A stretch of DNA of 59,099 nt, filler included, from Dugesia japonica (taxonomy: Eukaryota): assembly GCA_001938525.1 (NCBI GenBank). It is 5 parts of 5 records of this genome, joined end to end, with 100 filler letters (N's around TTAATTAATTAA, not from the genome) between each part and the next. Parts side by side here need not be neighbours in the genome. Positions count along the whole stretch, not along the records: positions 23,494 to 38,535 come from MQRL01589337.1; positions 38,636 to 50,583 come from MQRL01629203.1; 3 more parts are not named here. One strand, given 5' to 3'. Positions within the stretch are counted from its first letter, which is position 1. The number at the start of each line of letters is the position of its first letter. The notes below the pieces were generated by a model. That model saw only the letters and a program-made list of their open reading frames with translations. It had not been told where the DNA came from and made no database searches. Shown one piece after another: positions 36,672 through 49,882 of this stretch. The position numbers and the translations under genes were made by a program.

Positions 36672-38535
36672 ATGATTATTCAAGAACAAAATTCTTCATT
36701 GGATTCTGAAGGAATGGAAGGAAAATATATTGAAAAAAACTGTTTTAAAGGAAAGAAAATTGCAGTTTTAACTAGTGGAGGTGATTCTCAAGGAATGAAT
36801 GCAGCAGTTAGANNNNNNNNNNNNNNNNNNNNNNNNNNNNNNNCAACAATGTATTTTGTTAAAGAAGGCTATCAAGGTTTAGTTGATGGTGGAACTGATA
36901 TTATTGAAGCAACATGGGCTGATGTTTCTAGTATTATACAATTGGTAAGTCTAAAAAATTGATTTCTTTTTACAATAAGTTTAAATAAACAAAAACAAAT
37001 CCAATTATTAATTGATTATTAAAATGAATTTGAATTAATTTATAAAAAAATCTGTAGGGTGGAACGATTATTGGATCAGCCAGATGTATGGATTTCCAGA
37101 CTCGTGAAGGATTTCTAAAAGCAGCCAAAAATCTTGTAGATCGAGAAATTACAAATCTGGTAGTGATTGGCGGAGATGGTTCATTGACTGGAGCTAACAA
37201 CTTTCGTATTCAATGGACATCTTTATTGACAGAACTTTTACTACAAAGTAAATTGAAAATTGTATTTAAAGAAAAAAAAATTTATTAAAATATTAATAAT
37301 CATAGATAAATTAAATGAAAATCAATTAGAAAAATGTGGACATTTNNNNNNNNNNNNNNNNNNNNNNNNNNNNNNNNNNNNNNNNNNNNNNNNNNCAACA
37401 ATGTATTTTGTTAAAGAAGGCTATCAAGGTTTAGTTGATGGTGGAACTGATATTATTGAAGCAACATGGGCTGATGTTTCTAGTATTATACAATTGGTAA
37501 GTCTAAAAAATTGATTTCTNNNNNNNNNNNNNNNNNNNNNNNNNNNNNNNNNNNNNNNNNNNNNNNNNNNNNNNNNNNNNNNNNNNNNNNNNNNNNNNNN
37601 NNNNNNNNNNNNNNNNNNNNNNNNNNNNNNNNNNNNNNNNNNNNNNNNCAGACTCGTGAAGGATTTCTAAAAGCAGCCAAAAATCTTGTAGATCGAGAAA
37701 TTACAAATCTGGTAGTGATTGGCGGAGATGGTTCATTGACTGGAGCTAACAACTTTCGTATTCAATGGACATCTTTATTGANNNNNNNNNNNNNNNNNNN
37801 NNNNNNNNNNNNNNNNNNNNNNNNNNNNNAAAATTTATTAAAATATTAATAATCATAGATAAATTAAATGAAAATCAATTAGAAAAATGTGGACATTTGA
37901 ATATTGTTGGTTTGGTTGGAAGTATCGACAATGATTTCTGTGGAACAGATATGACTATTGGTACTGATAGTGCATTACATAGAATCATTGAAGCATGTGA
38001 TAATCTTACACCAACTGCTCATAGTCATCAAAGATGTTTCATCATCGAAGTAATGGGTCGTAACTGTGGCTATCTTGCATTGATTTCTGCAATAGCTACA
38101 GAAGCTGCTTGGGTATTCATTCCAGAATCTCCCCCAATTGAAGATTGGGAAAATAAATTATGCGATAAACTACAAATTGTATGTCAAATTTATTTCAAAT
38201 GATTTAAATTTATTTTGAAATGAAAATATTTGTAGGACCGAGAAAATGGACAACGATCAAGCATCATTATTGTGTCTGAAGGAGCAATGGATAACAATTG
38301 CAATGCTATTACATCAGATTATGTACATAAAGTGATCACATCCAAATTGAATATCGATACTCGAGTAACAGTTCTAGGTCATGTACAACGTGGAGGACAT
38401 CCATCAGCATTTGATAGAATTCTTAGTACAAGAATGGGAGCTGAAGCTGTTCTTGCATTAGTTGATGCAGAAAATAATAGAAATTTAGCAGCATGTGTGA
38501 TTTCAATAGATGGAAATCAAATTATTCGAGTTCCT
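36672..38535 (+). CDS. pfk: ATP-dependent 6-phosphofructokinase (eukaryotic type), N-terminal half; truncated at scaffold end
   Basis: [67 protein letters not shown] and [16 protein letters not shown] introns, e.g. 36945-37057 and 38179-38235. An internal block is duplicated between gaps. Confidence 0.97.
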
Positions 38536-38635
38536 NNNNNNNNNNNNNNNNNNNNNNNNNNNNNNNNNNNNNNNNNNNNTTAATTAATTAANNNNNNNNN
38601 NNNNNNNNNNNNNNNNNNNNNNNNNNNNNNNNNNN
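38536..38635. other. Artificial scaffold-joining spacer
   Basis: N44-TTAATTAATTAA-N44. Confidence 0.95.
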
Positions 38636-39404
38636 GCATACCCCTATTTATAAAATTTATATTATTATAAAATTGAATTTCATCTAATTTTACTTTAGAC
38701 ATGTATTCAGAAGTATCAGTAGTTAACCACTTCCAAAATGTTTATGTTTTTTCTCACCTTCAGCTTGCATTTGCTCTTCATTATCTTTTGGAATTTCACG
38801 AACAACTTTTTCAATTGTCATCTTTCTAACTTGAATTTTTCAACTTTGTGTATTTCATTTATATTTTATTAAGTTAAAATTTATAAAAAATTAAAATTTA
38901 TTATTTTCATAATCAGAAGTTTTTTTTTCAAAAACTCTTTCTATTTCTATTTTATATACAGTACCATCCATATCTTCTTTATCTAGTTTATTTACAACTA
39001 AATTTAATATACTCATACTATATGGATCCATATTATTAAAATTTTAAAATAATTAATCAAAACTGAAGTCTCTTCATCTGTTCTATCTTCAATAGTATCT
39101 ACAGTTACCCACTTCTAAAATACTTCTGGTGGATTTTTTAAATTTACAGGTGATTTCTTCAAATATTTATTTTCTTCTTATTCTTTATTAAATTTTTCTT
39201 TTAATTCTTGTTTAATTTCTTCTTTTAGAGTAGTTTTTGATTCCTCTTTTAGAATACCTTTTAAAATCAAATCAAAAGAATTATCACTCATTTTAATTTA
39301 TTANNNNNNNNNNNNNNNNNNNNNNNNNNNNNNNNNNNNNNNNNNNNNNNNNNNNNNNNNNNNNNNNNNNNNNNNNNNNNNNNNNNNNNNNNNNNNNNNN
39401 NNNN

Positions 39405-40050
39405 TTTTATAAACTTGGGTTATAATAAAAATTTCATTTGTCCATTTGGCTGTAAAACCTTTTTCAAATTCATGATTTTGATCTTTGATTATTTCTTTTA
39501 TGTTTCAGGATTTTCAATAGCATCTTTGGGGGGTTTTATACTAGAATGAATTGTATTATTACAATCATTTTCAATTTTATCTAACAAGGTTTTATTACAT
39601 TTTTGATTTTCAACTGATGTAAAATGTTTAAATAATTTATTTTTAAAGGTTTTATTAAATCTTTATATAACAACTGCTTTACCTTATAAATTAATATTAT
39701 TTTCATTACAAAAAGATTTAAATATTTTATTATAAAATTCACTTCCTTTATCAACTAATAAATTATTTGGAATTCTATTATTTTCTTCAATTATATTTTC
39801 TTATGCATTTGTTATTGTTTCACCTGTTTTTGAATTACATATTTCTACAAATGCATATCTATATAATAAAAATCAATAACTGTTAAAATTATTTTCTTAT
39901 TTGGCATGTAAAGTAAATCTGCAGACCAAGTTACATCAATTTCTTTTATTATTACTTTTAGGAAATAATTATGTTTTCTATAATCTTTATGAAATTCATT
40001 TGCAAGTAAGGAGCTCGCTCCGTTCGCTCCTTCATTTTCTTTATTTTCAT
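39405..40050 (-). pseudogene. Polinton retroviral-like (rve) integrase
   Basis: LANEFHK, WSADLLYMP, ILTVID, SKTGETIT, LVDKGSEFYN, RFNKTFKNKL, NNTIHSSI and EKGFTAKWTNEIF, with stops and frameshifts. Confidence 0.9.
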
Positions 40051-40501
40051 TATTTTTTAATATTTAAATCTTTACTATCTTTACTTACACGAGTACTTAA
40101 AATAATTTTACCTTTCATTGCTAATTTAACTAAACCTCTTTATTTTTTCAGAAATAGTTGGATTTTGAATATTATTTAAATCATGAATTAAATTTACATC
40201 TGCAATATGTCTATCTCTTAAATCTTCTGACTTGTAAGATAAATCATGTTTTAAAGCTGTTTCCTCAACTCTATTAATTTATTCTTCTCTAGGTTTTGGT
40301 TTACCTTTAGAATCTAATCTTAAATCTAATATTGTTCCTGGTCCAGTATAATTATGTTTAGGGAAATGTCTTTCTCCTTTATATTTTCCCAAAGTAAATA
40401 GTTTTAATATTACACTTGTTATTTTAGAAGATTGTAAATTTAGCTTTATTTTTTCTAATTAAAATTTTGTTACAATGTTTACAAATACATTTATTATCCA
40501 T
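40051..40501 (-). pseudogene. Parvovirus VP1u-like phospholipase A2 (Polinton/adintovirus PLA2)
   Basis: HFPKHNYTGPGT..L.RL...INRVEETALKHDLSY...RHIAD contains the YxGPG calcium loop and the HDxxY catalytic motif. Confidence 0.85.
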
Positions 40502-40519
40502 TTTATATATTTTAGAATT

Positions 40520-41800
40520 AGAGAATTTTAAACAAAATCTACACCTCGCCTATTTTTAATCATAACAATTTTACTATTTGATAATCTCATTTCAATATGT
40601 TTTTTTCTAAAATACACCAATATAAAGTTCCTTTAAAATCACTATTTTTAGTTATATGTAAAGTTACATCTACATTATTAATATTTAATTTATCATCTTG
40701 AGAACTAACATCAAAATAAAAGATTGGATACAAATCACCAAACTCTTGTAGTGATAACTGAGGTTCAGTGAAAAAGTCTTTACAACAATTTAAGTAATTT
40801 AAATAAGGGAAAATCATTTCATTATTATCTATATTAAATTTACATTCATTTATAGGATAATATGTATTGTTTAATTGTATTTGAATAATTTTAAGAGAAT
40901 ATTTTGTTTTAACTTTTCTATAGTTTTACTATTTTGTTGAATAAATAAATTATTATTCTTTTAATATGAAATTTCTAAATCTTTTAAACTTATAAATATA
41001 TATCTTGGTTTATAAGCTAAATTACTTAATTTAACGGAATAATAATTTTCTGAATCTAAAGTTGTTTTTGAAACAATTCTATTTAAAAAAAAAGCTTGAA
41101 TAGATTTATTTGTATAAATTCTTTCTAAAAGATTTACTTCCCTTTTTGGAACTAATCTACATTCAGAAATATGTAATTCTAGAGTTGTTAATTTTAATAT
41201 AGCAGTTGTATCTTTATCTCCATAAAATAATTATTTATCACTTATTTGTCGATTACAAGTAAATTCAATAATTACATTATATAATAATCTATTATAACAT
41301 TGTAAAAATCCAAATTAATTTTTTAATGGAAAATAACTTTCAAATTTCTTTTTTGAATTATAAAGTTTATTTTCTGAAAAAACCCATCCAGCAACATCAG
41401 CATCACCTTTATTAATATCACGAATCCAACCTGATAATTTACGGTNNNNNNNNNNNNNNNNNNNNNNNNNNNNNNNNNNNNNNNNNNNNNNNNNNNNNNN
41501 NNNNNNNNNNNNNNNNNNNNNNNNNNNNNNNNNNNNNNNNNNNNNNNNNNNNNNNNNNNNNNNNNNNNNNNNNNNNNNNNNNNNNNNNNNNNNNNNNNNN
41601 NNNNNNNNNNNNNNNNNNNTCTCTATTTCAAAGTATAAAAATGAATTACCAATATTTAATGGATTGGTTGATTGTAAATATTGAAAAACTATAACACCAG
41701 AAGACATTAAATTATTAATTGATCCAGATGAATTTAAAATTCTCAAAACCTCATTTTTAAGAAAAAAGTGTTGAAAATTAATATTATTATCAATATTTTA
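40520..41800 (-). pseudogene. Polinton double-jelly-roll major capsid protein (hexon-like), decayed
   Basis: N-terminal IVFQYL..NSFLYFEIE, internal FPLK...GF and PRYIF-like segments, and C-terminal LSLQEFGDLYPIFYFDVSSQDDKL..VDVTLHI typical of Polinton MCPs. It lies next to the PLA2 and integrase genes. Confidence 0.7.
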
Positions 41801-41805
41801 TTTAG

Positions 41806-44800
41806 TGTTCTGGAGGAGAATCTATAGAATGTTGTTCGTGTCATCAGAAGGGACATTTGAGTAGGAATTGTTTAATAAATCAACGTGGAAGATGTTTCGG
41901 TTGCGGTGATTTGGGACATATGAGAAATNAAGGTTCAAAGTTAAAATATTTCCGTTGTGGTAGAGAAGTTGGGAAAAGTGATCGGACAGAGTTTAGAACT
42001 GAAAATAGACGAGTACAAAAACATTGGTTTGGATATTTTAATACAGTTGAAGCGATAGATGAATGGAAGCAACATGAGGATATGTTAGAAGAAAATTGCT
42101 CATAGTCATCGCACCCAAATGGAAGGGCTCCGTCAAGAAAGGAGTTGACAGGTGCCGATTATTAGTAAATACGGGTAAGGAGAATCCTCAAGAAGTGGAG
42201 ACGTGGGAAAATAGAGAAAAGTGTTGTGAAAAAGTGTATAGGTTGTGATATAGAATAGTTGGGGGAAATGTCAGGAGAACTAGAAGTGGAGATTTGAATT
42301 GAAAAATTACAGGGTAGACCGAGTGTAATGATAACTATCGATGAAGTTGAGTTAAAATGCCTTTTAAACACGGGAGCGTGCAATAATGTAATCAGCAAAA
42401 AATGTTTAGAGAGATTGCTAGAAGCAATAGTAATACGTAGTGAGATGAAATTGCATTGTGCTAATGGTAGTGGTTTGTTTATCAAAGGGAAAGTACGATT
42501 GGAGGTGCAATTAGGTGAAAGCGAATCGGGAGTGAAATTTATAGTAGGAAAAAATGTGTTTCCAGTTATTATTGCAGGTATAAATTTCTAACGTATTTTT
42601 GGATTTCAGTTACGTAGGGAAAGGAGTTATCTAGAGAGATAAGTAATCGAAAATCAGTAAAAAACATTGAAGCAAGATTTAGCAAAGAAACTACAGAAAG
42701 TGACAAATTGGAGCAAGTAAAAAATGTAATTGAAATGCGGGATGATAATTGTTTACAGGTGATTTGTAGACAGCGGATAAATGCTTATATAGCGTCAAAA
42801 TGAAATGTTAGATGCACTGCCATTTTGAAGCATAGAATTGTGACAAAAAGTGATCCAATAAANNNNNNNNNNNNNNNNNNNNNNNNNNNNNNNNNNNNNN
42901 NNNNNNNNNNNNNGATTCGAAACTTTGCGGAAAACGGTATTATTCGGAAATGTAATTCACCGTGGAATGCACCATTAATTTGCATATGGAAGAAGAAGAA
43001 AGATATACGACTTTGTCTAGATTTTAGAAGGCTTAACGCAATTACAGTAAGACAAGTATTTTCGATACCTAATGCAGATGAGATGTTAGATGCATTACAT
43101 GAAATGTGTATTTTAGCTCAATCGACTTAGATAATGCATACCAAGTAGAACTAGAAAAAGACTCGCAAGAAAAAAGGGTTTTTTGACAAAAAATGGGCAG
43201 TATTTTTTCACGCGAATTCCTTTTGGGTTTGCAGCTGCTTCGGAAACTTTTCAGTAGATGATGAGAAAAGTTATATATAATATTGATGGGGCGATGGTAA
43301 ATCTCAGCGATATCCTAATTTTCTCTAAAGACAAGGAAAGTCATTACGTTCGAGTAAAAAGGGTATTGGGACGGACAACCAATGCTGGACTGAGAATTAA
43401 TCCTGAAAAATGGGAATTTTTAAACGAGAAATTAATTTTTGGGTCACATTGTGAGTGCAGAGGGGATAAGAACTGATCCGGCAAAGTTAGAAGCTATCTA
43501 AGATTTTGGAACGCCGAATTGTGTAAAAAAGATGCGCAGTTTTCTTGGAATTTGTAATTATTACAAAACATTTATTAATGGTTATGTGGCGAAAGCGAGA
43601 AAGATATGTAGTGGTCCCAGTAATACAAAATGATTATGAAATGATGAATTAGACGGAATTTTGAAGGTTTAAAATGGCATTAATTTCAGCACTTTTACTG
43701 ACATTTCCGGATTTAGACAACACTTTTACATTGGACACGGATACTAGTTTTGAGACCATAGGAGGAGTATTATCTTAGATGGATGATAACAATAAAGAAA
43801 GGGTTATTGCGTATGGATCACGCGCAATGAATAACCATGAAAAAGGTTATTGCTTAACGAGAAAAGAATTATTGGCCGTGTACTATTTCTGTAATTTGCT
43901 TAGGCATTATCTTTATGGGAAGCGATTTTTTTGCAAACAGATCATGTGGCAATCATTTTTATGTAGTGAAAAAAGAAGCCAATTACACCACAATTTCAGA
44001 CTTGGGTGAATTATTTGAGTAGCCTAGACATAAAATTATTTTATAGAAAAATGGAATTACATAGTAATCCAGATTCTTTGTCCAGATCTAAGTGTAATAA
44101 CTGCACACAATGTGATTTGTTCCATGAAAGGCGATGAACAAAAAGATTAAAACAAGGATTCTGCAGAATGTGGCCCCGATGGAGGAGACATAGGAAGGGG
44201 AATGGAATGAGGAAAGGTACAGAGATGAAATGATGAGAATGCATAAAATTCTATCTCATGCGGAAGTCAAAAAATGGTCAGAAGAAGACAATGGCCAAAG
44301 ATTAAATGGGGAGATAAAATTAAGGAGGTAATCCACGGATGTGAACATTGTCAAAGAACAAAGACATGGACAAGTAGAACAAAAGAAGAAGTGGTAAGAG
44401 CTAAACCTAGCAGCGCAGGAGAAACTCTGTGGGTGAATATTTGTGGACCATGGAGAAGAAACTTCGGCAAGAAAAAAATACATTTTTGGGGTGGTGAATC
44501 AGTACACTAAATATATAGTATTAGTAGCCTTGCCCCAACAAGATGAATTGACAGTACTGAAAGCGATACAGAACTAATGGATTCTTAAATGGGGTTTTCC
44601 AAGGGTGTTGAGAGCAGATTGCTGACGGAAATTTGAGTCTAAAGTTATGAAAGAATTTGCGGCGGATTTTGGAATGAAATTGGTGACGTCGAGTCCATAT
44701 CATCACAATACAAACGAACAGATAGAATGTCAATTCAGAACGGTGAGAGAATGGATAAGCACAACGCTGCACGAAAGAGGTACATTGTACTGGGCTGAAA

Positions 44801-44915
44801 TTCTTCCAGAGGTGGAGTTTGTGATGAACTTTACTAAACAGAAAAGTACACAGATGAGCCCTGCGAAACATATGTTTGGGAAACGTATTAGTCGCGAAGT
44901 TCATATAGATTCAAT
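41806..44915 (+). mobile_element. Ty3/Gypsy retrotransposon remnant (gag CCHC, PR, RT, RH, IN)
   Basis: CHQKGHLSRNC and CFGCGDLGH knuckles, LLNTGA, SPWNAPL..IRLCLDFRRLN, KELLAVYYFC and SSPYHHNTN. Many stops, no LTR seen. Confidence 0.92.
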
Positions 44916-45093
44916 GCTAATTCTAATGGAATAAATTCTCGAGAATGTTTTTAATTGATTTGATTTATTGAAGAGATTACATAATTGTTTACATAATCAG
45001 AATTTTTTATGCATAATCATTTTTAAAATAAATTAAGAAAAAAAGAAATAAATATTGTTTCAATAAAGTATTTTCAAAAAAGAATTAAATTAT

Positions 45094-45136
45094 TGTATCC
45101 AAAGATGACAGTTATGCTGTCGAAACATTTTATACA
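45094..45136 (+). ncRNA. Degenerate minimal hammerhead motif (Penelope terminal-repeat remnant)
   Basis: TGTAT-CCAAAGA-T-GACAG-TTATG-CTGTC-GAAACATT..ATACA. The helices are retained but the CUGA core is mutated. Confidence 0.4.
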
Positions 45137-46029
45137 GAAATATATATTTAAATGGCGTTTCAAAGTCTTTATTAAAAAACTGCCATGTTTTTTTTGATTA
45201 TTTTCATTATTATTAATTAATTGTTTTCAGGTTATGAACAATATGAACGGTAATCGAAATATGAATTTGTCAAGTTTAATGATGGAGAATGTAAATTTAT
45301 TTTTATTATTTAATTAATATTCATTATACTTCAGAATTATAATAATTCACATAAAATAGGTAGGGGTATCAAGGGGAAGAGTTAAGTTAAAATGAATTTA
45401 TATTATTATTTCTTAATAGCTATTAAAATTAATATTACAGAATTATGCTACTCCTGTTGCTGCTTCTATTTATAAGAAAAGTTATGTTAATTTTTAGATG
45501 AACCTTCGATAATTTTATATGAATTTTTAATTTAATAAGAATCTTTAAAAATTATTTTAAATTTATGTGAAATTTTTAAATACTTTCTTATTTTCAGATA
45601 TTTTATTAAATAAATTTCATGATATTATGAATATTTTATGTTAATTTTATAACATGGTAAATATTTCAATTTTTCTAGAATGTTTTTCTACAATGTACAA
45701 AAATTATTGTGCAAATAGGACTCATAAAGGCGACTTTTTTAATATTATGGAGAAATATTATGGTTAGTGTTTATTTTTGGAAAAGTATTACATATGTCCA
45801 TCATGTAGGTCTATCGGAATAGGTGAATATATAGACTTTTATAGGTTGTGTGAGAATGATATTTAAATTGTTTAATTTCAAATGTATATGNNCAATTAAA
45901 ATATTTATAAAATCTTTGAAATTTAAAATATTTCAAGAAAATAATTAAAATAATTATTGCGCATATTTGTTTGAATATTAAAACTTTTTTAATTAGTTTT
46001 TTATTTGATAGCAACTTTGTCTTTAATAA

Positions 46030-49000
46030 ATGTTCGATGAGGATAGCGTTTTTCTTGCTAATATGGCAACCACATCAGGCTCAAACGTAGCAACAGATTT
46101 GTTACGCCCAAGACCTTTTAAGTTAGGGGACAATCTGGACAGATTCTTGAGAGATGTCGGTAAATTCTTCAAAGCGGCCAAAATTCCCAAAGATTTACAA
46201 GAAATTGTAATCGGTAAGATGATTAACCCGAAGCTTGAAGAAAGATATGAAGCATCAGAGAACAAAGTCAAGGGGTATAAAGCTAGGCTACGACTACTGG
46301 TGGAAAAAAAAGAGACGTTTTTAAAGACATAGAAGAATTCATTCGTTGCAGTCAGGGTGATACTGATAATGAGGTATTCTTTAACGACGTAGAGAAGTGG
46401 CAGATAAACTGCTTAGTCATAATCTGTAAAAAGAGTCACCACTCTTGATAAACGCAACGACACAGAAAAATGCAAAAAATAGATTCTAATTAAAAACGGT
46501 TTTTGAACCAGAAGAAATAAAGGAAATTATCAGAGACATTTCAAGAATAGCCAAAAAGACAGAATAAATGACCGTGATGCGTAGCTTCAAGGAGGCAATA
46601 TACACAAAATCAAAAAGAACGATACCAAGAATGCAGGAATCAACCTTTAAAGGGCCAAATACCAGAAGAGAGTTTAGAATAGAGAAAATAGAAAGTTGGA
46701 ACTGTCACAAATTAGGACGGGGCCCAGACAGAAAGCATCCTACATGCTATGCATATGGAAGTGTAAGACATTTTAGAAGACAGTGCAACAAGATAAAGAG
46801 TGGAAAATGCAACAAAAACGGTCATAAAACCGAAAACTGTTTCACAAAGATGGAGTACAAGAGATGTAACGAATATCCTTTGGAATATAAGAGAAATGAG
46901 GTTAAAAAAAGCTCTCATATCTTGGTAGACATATTAACATCAATGCAGTGGAAGATGATCAAATAAGTAACAAGGAATATGAGGACGACAGATATGACTC
47001 AAACGTATATGAATCAAGGAGAAACCAAAACGGAGAAGCCCCACCAACAGGAGAGATGGTAGGATTTGTAGAACTCAAAATTTGATGGGTGATCCCCAAA
47101 ATATCGATAGTAAAAGTAATCATATCAATAATATAGTGGATGATATCAAAGAACGAGTTTATAATTTTTAAAAGAAAGAGATATCAGTAATCAAGAGAGA
47201 AAAATCAGTGGAACCAACTATAGCAACAGTGGAAGAATGGGGAAAGGTGGGGTTAGATATGATATAATGCAGGGTAGACCGAGTATTGCGATAAAGATCC
47301 AAAACATGGAGTTTGAATGTCTGAATACCGGAGCAAGAATTAATGTTATGGATTTGGATGTATTTAACGAATTCAAGGATGTCTCGTTATTAAAAACCAA
47401 GAACAGGCTATGGTGCGCTAATGACAGTTCATTAAGCACCAAAGGAAGATTTGAAGTGGAAGTAAGGATCGGCAATTCGAGTAGATGGATAAATTTCATA
47501 GTTATGGAAAAGATAATCCCTAGCATAATTAGTGGCATTGAGTGGCGGACCAGTTTTGGATTAGAACTACATTGGATAGATACAGCATAAAGAGATAAAC
47601 ANNNNNNNNNNNNNNNNNNNNNNNNNNNNNNNNNNNNNNNNNNNNNNNNNNNNNNNNNNNNNNNNNNNNNNNNNNNNNNNNNNNNNNNNNNNNNNNNNNN
47701 NNNNNNNNNNNNNNNNNNNNNNNNNNNNNNNNNNNNNNNNNNNNNNNNNNNNNNNNNNNNNNNNNNNNNNNNNNNNNNNNNNNNNNNNNNNNNNNNNNNN
47801 NNNNNNNNNNNNNNNNNNNNNNNNNNNNNNNNNNNNNNNNNNNNNNNNNNNNNNNNNNNNNNNNNNNNNNNNNNNNNNNNNNNNNNNNNNNNNNNNNNNN
47901 NNNNNNNNNNNNNNNNNNNNNNNNNNNNNNNNNNNNNNNNNNNNNNNNNNNNNNNNNNNNNNNNNNNNNNNNNNNNNNNNNNNNNNNNNNNNNNNNNNNN
48001 NNNNNNNNNNNNNNNNNNNNNNNNNNNNNNNNNNNNNNNNNNNNNNNNNNNNNNNNNNNNNNNNNNNNNNNNNNNNNNNNNNNNNNNNNNNNNNNNNNNN
48101 NNNNNNNNNNNNNNNNNNNNNNNNNNNNNNNNAGAAAGATGTCAAAAAGCTATGAGTGAGATAAATACATTGGAAAATGGCACAATCAAGGAGTTGATAA
48201 GAAAACCTTCAAATATCTTTATGGCAAACAAATGGTACATAGGATGCACAAAACTGAGGAAGCATAAAATAGTAACAAAAGGAGGACCTATAAATGTTAA
48301 GCCATGTAAGACACCTATGAACCTTGAGGAATAGATAAACGAAAGGGTACTTAATCTTTGTGAAAATGGAATTAAACAAATGTGCAATTCAACATTGAAC
48401 ACTCCGTTGATATGTATCTGGAAAAAAGAAAAAAAGATGTTCGTCTCTATCTGGATTTTCGGCAGCTGAACGCTATTACGGAAAGACAAGCGTTTCCAAT
48501 GCCAAATATAAAAGAGATTCTGGATAGATTAAGCGAGTCAAAATTTTTCAGCTCATTAGATTTGGGTAATGCTTACTATCAAGTAGAGTTAGAAGAGGAG
48601 TCAAAAGATTAAACAGCTTTTTCAACAAAGTGAGGTCAATACTGATTCCATAGAATGCCGGTTGACATAGNTGCAGTNCCTGGGACATTCCAGGAACTCA
48701 TGACAAAGGTTTTAGGTACAACAAAGGGAACAACGGTGTATTTAGACGATATTTTAATATATTTAGAAAACTTGGAAGAGCATCATAAAACACTGGATGT
48801 AGTATTTAGTAAATTAAATCAAGCAGGACTACGTTTGAGCTCGTCAAAATGTAAATTGCTTAGAAAAGAGATAAAATTTTTGGGATACATCATAAGTGAT
48901 AAAGAAGTTCAAACCAATCAAGTAGAATTGATGGCAATACAAACATATGTAAGGCCCAAATGCGTAAAAGGATTGAGAAGTTTCTTGGGGATATGTTGCT

Positions 49001-49882
49001 ATTACAGAAGATTGATAAAAGATTACGCAAAGACGGCTAGAGAACTAGAAAACAGTGCAGTGTAAATAAAAAAAAGTTAATATGGACACAGTGCTGCGAA
49101 CATTCATTCAGAGATTTGATAGAAGCATTGACGAAGCCATCAATTTTAGTGTTTCTAGATGTCAGGAGAGAGTTCATACTGGATACGGATGCAAGCTACA
49201 ATACAATCAGTGGTGTATTATCACAAATTGTCAAAAATGAACAAGAAAAATTGATAGCGTATGGATCATACGTAATAAATAACCACGAATTGGGGTATTG
49301 TATAACACGAAAGAAGTTGCTGGCGATATTCTATTTTTGCAACTATTTCAGTCACTTCTTGTATGGGCGAAGATTCACTTTACGAACAGACCATAAGGCG
49401 ATTACGTTTATATTAACTACAAAGAGATCTATAACAGCACAGTTTCAAAATTGGATCAATTACCTTAGTGGATTAGACATTGATTTACAGTATCGTAAAG
49501 GTGACAAACATGGCAATGCGGATTTTCTCTCAAGGCAGGCATGTGGCATTTGTGTACAATGCATGATGTCCAACGAAAATCCTATAGGAAGCAAATTAAA
49601 AACGAGATGTTTGAATATAATAACGAGGACATTAAAATGGCAAAGAGATACGAATAATACAAAAACAAATCAAAGATGGTAAGGAAGAGAGATTTCAATG
49701 AATAGACGTTCAGATATTAACACAAAACGAAAGGATTTGACTACCAACAGATAGGAAATCGGATATTATCAGAGAAATGCATCAGAGAAATGCACGCAGG
49801 AACAGAAAAAGTTGCCAAAGATATTAGAGAACATTATGACATGACGAGGTTGTGGGGAAGCGTAAAGGAAATCGTGGACACA
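46030..49882 (+). mobile_element. Second Ty3/Gypsy remnant (gag, PR, RT, RH, start of IN)
   Basis: Gag ORFs with CCHC-like knuckles, LNTGA protease, LDFRQLN, LDLGNAYYQV, YLDDILI, FILDTDAS and TLRTDHKA. Truncated in the integrase. Confidence 0.93.

Noticed and set aside
37396-37885. Apparent internal exon duplication in PFK
   Set aside because: The copies look base-identical, including intron sequence, and every boundary is an N-gap. A gap-filling artefact is most likely.
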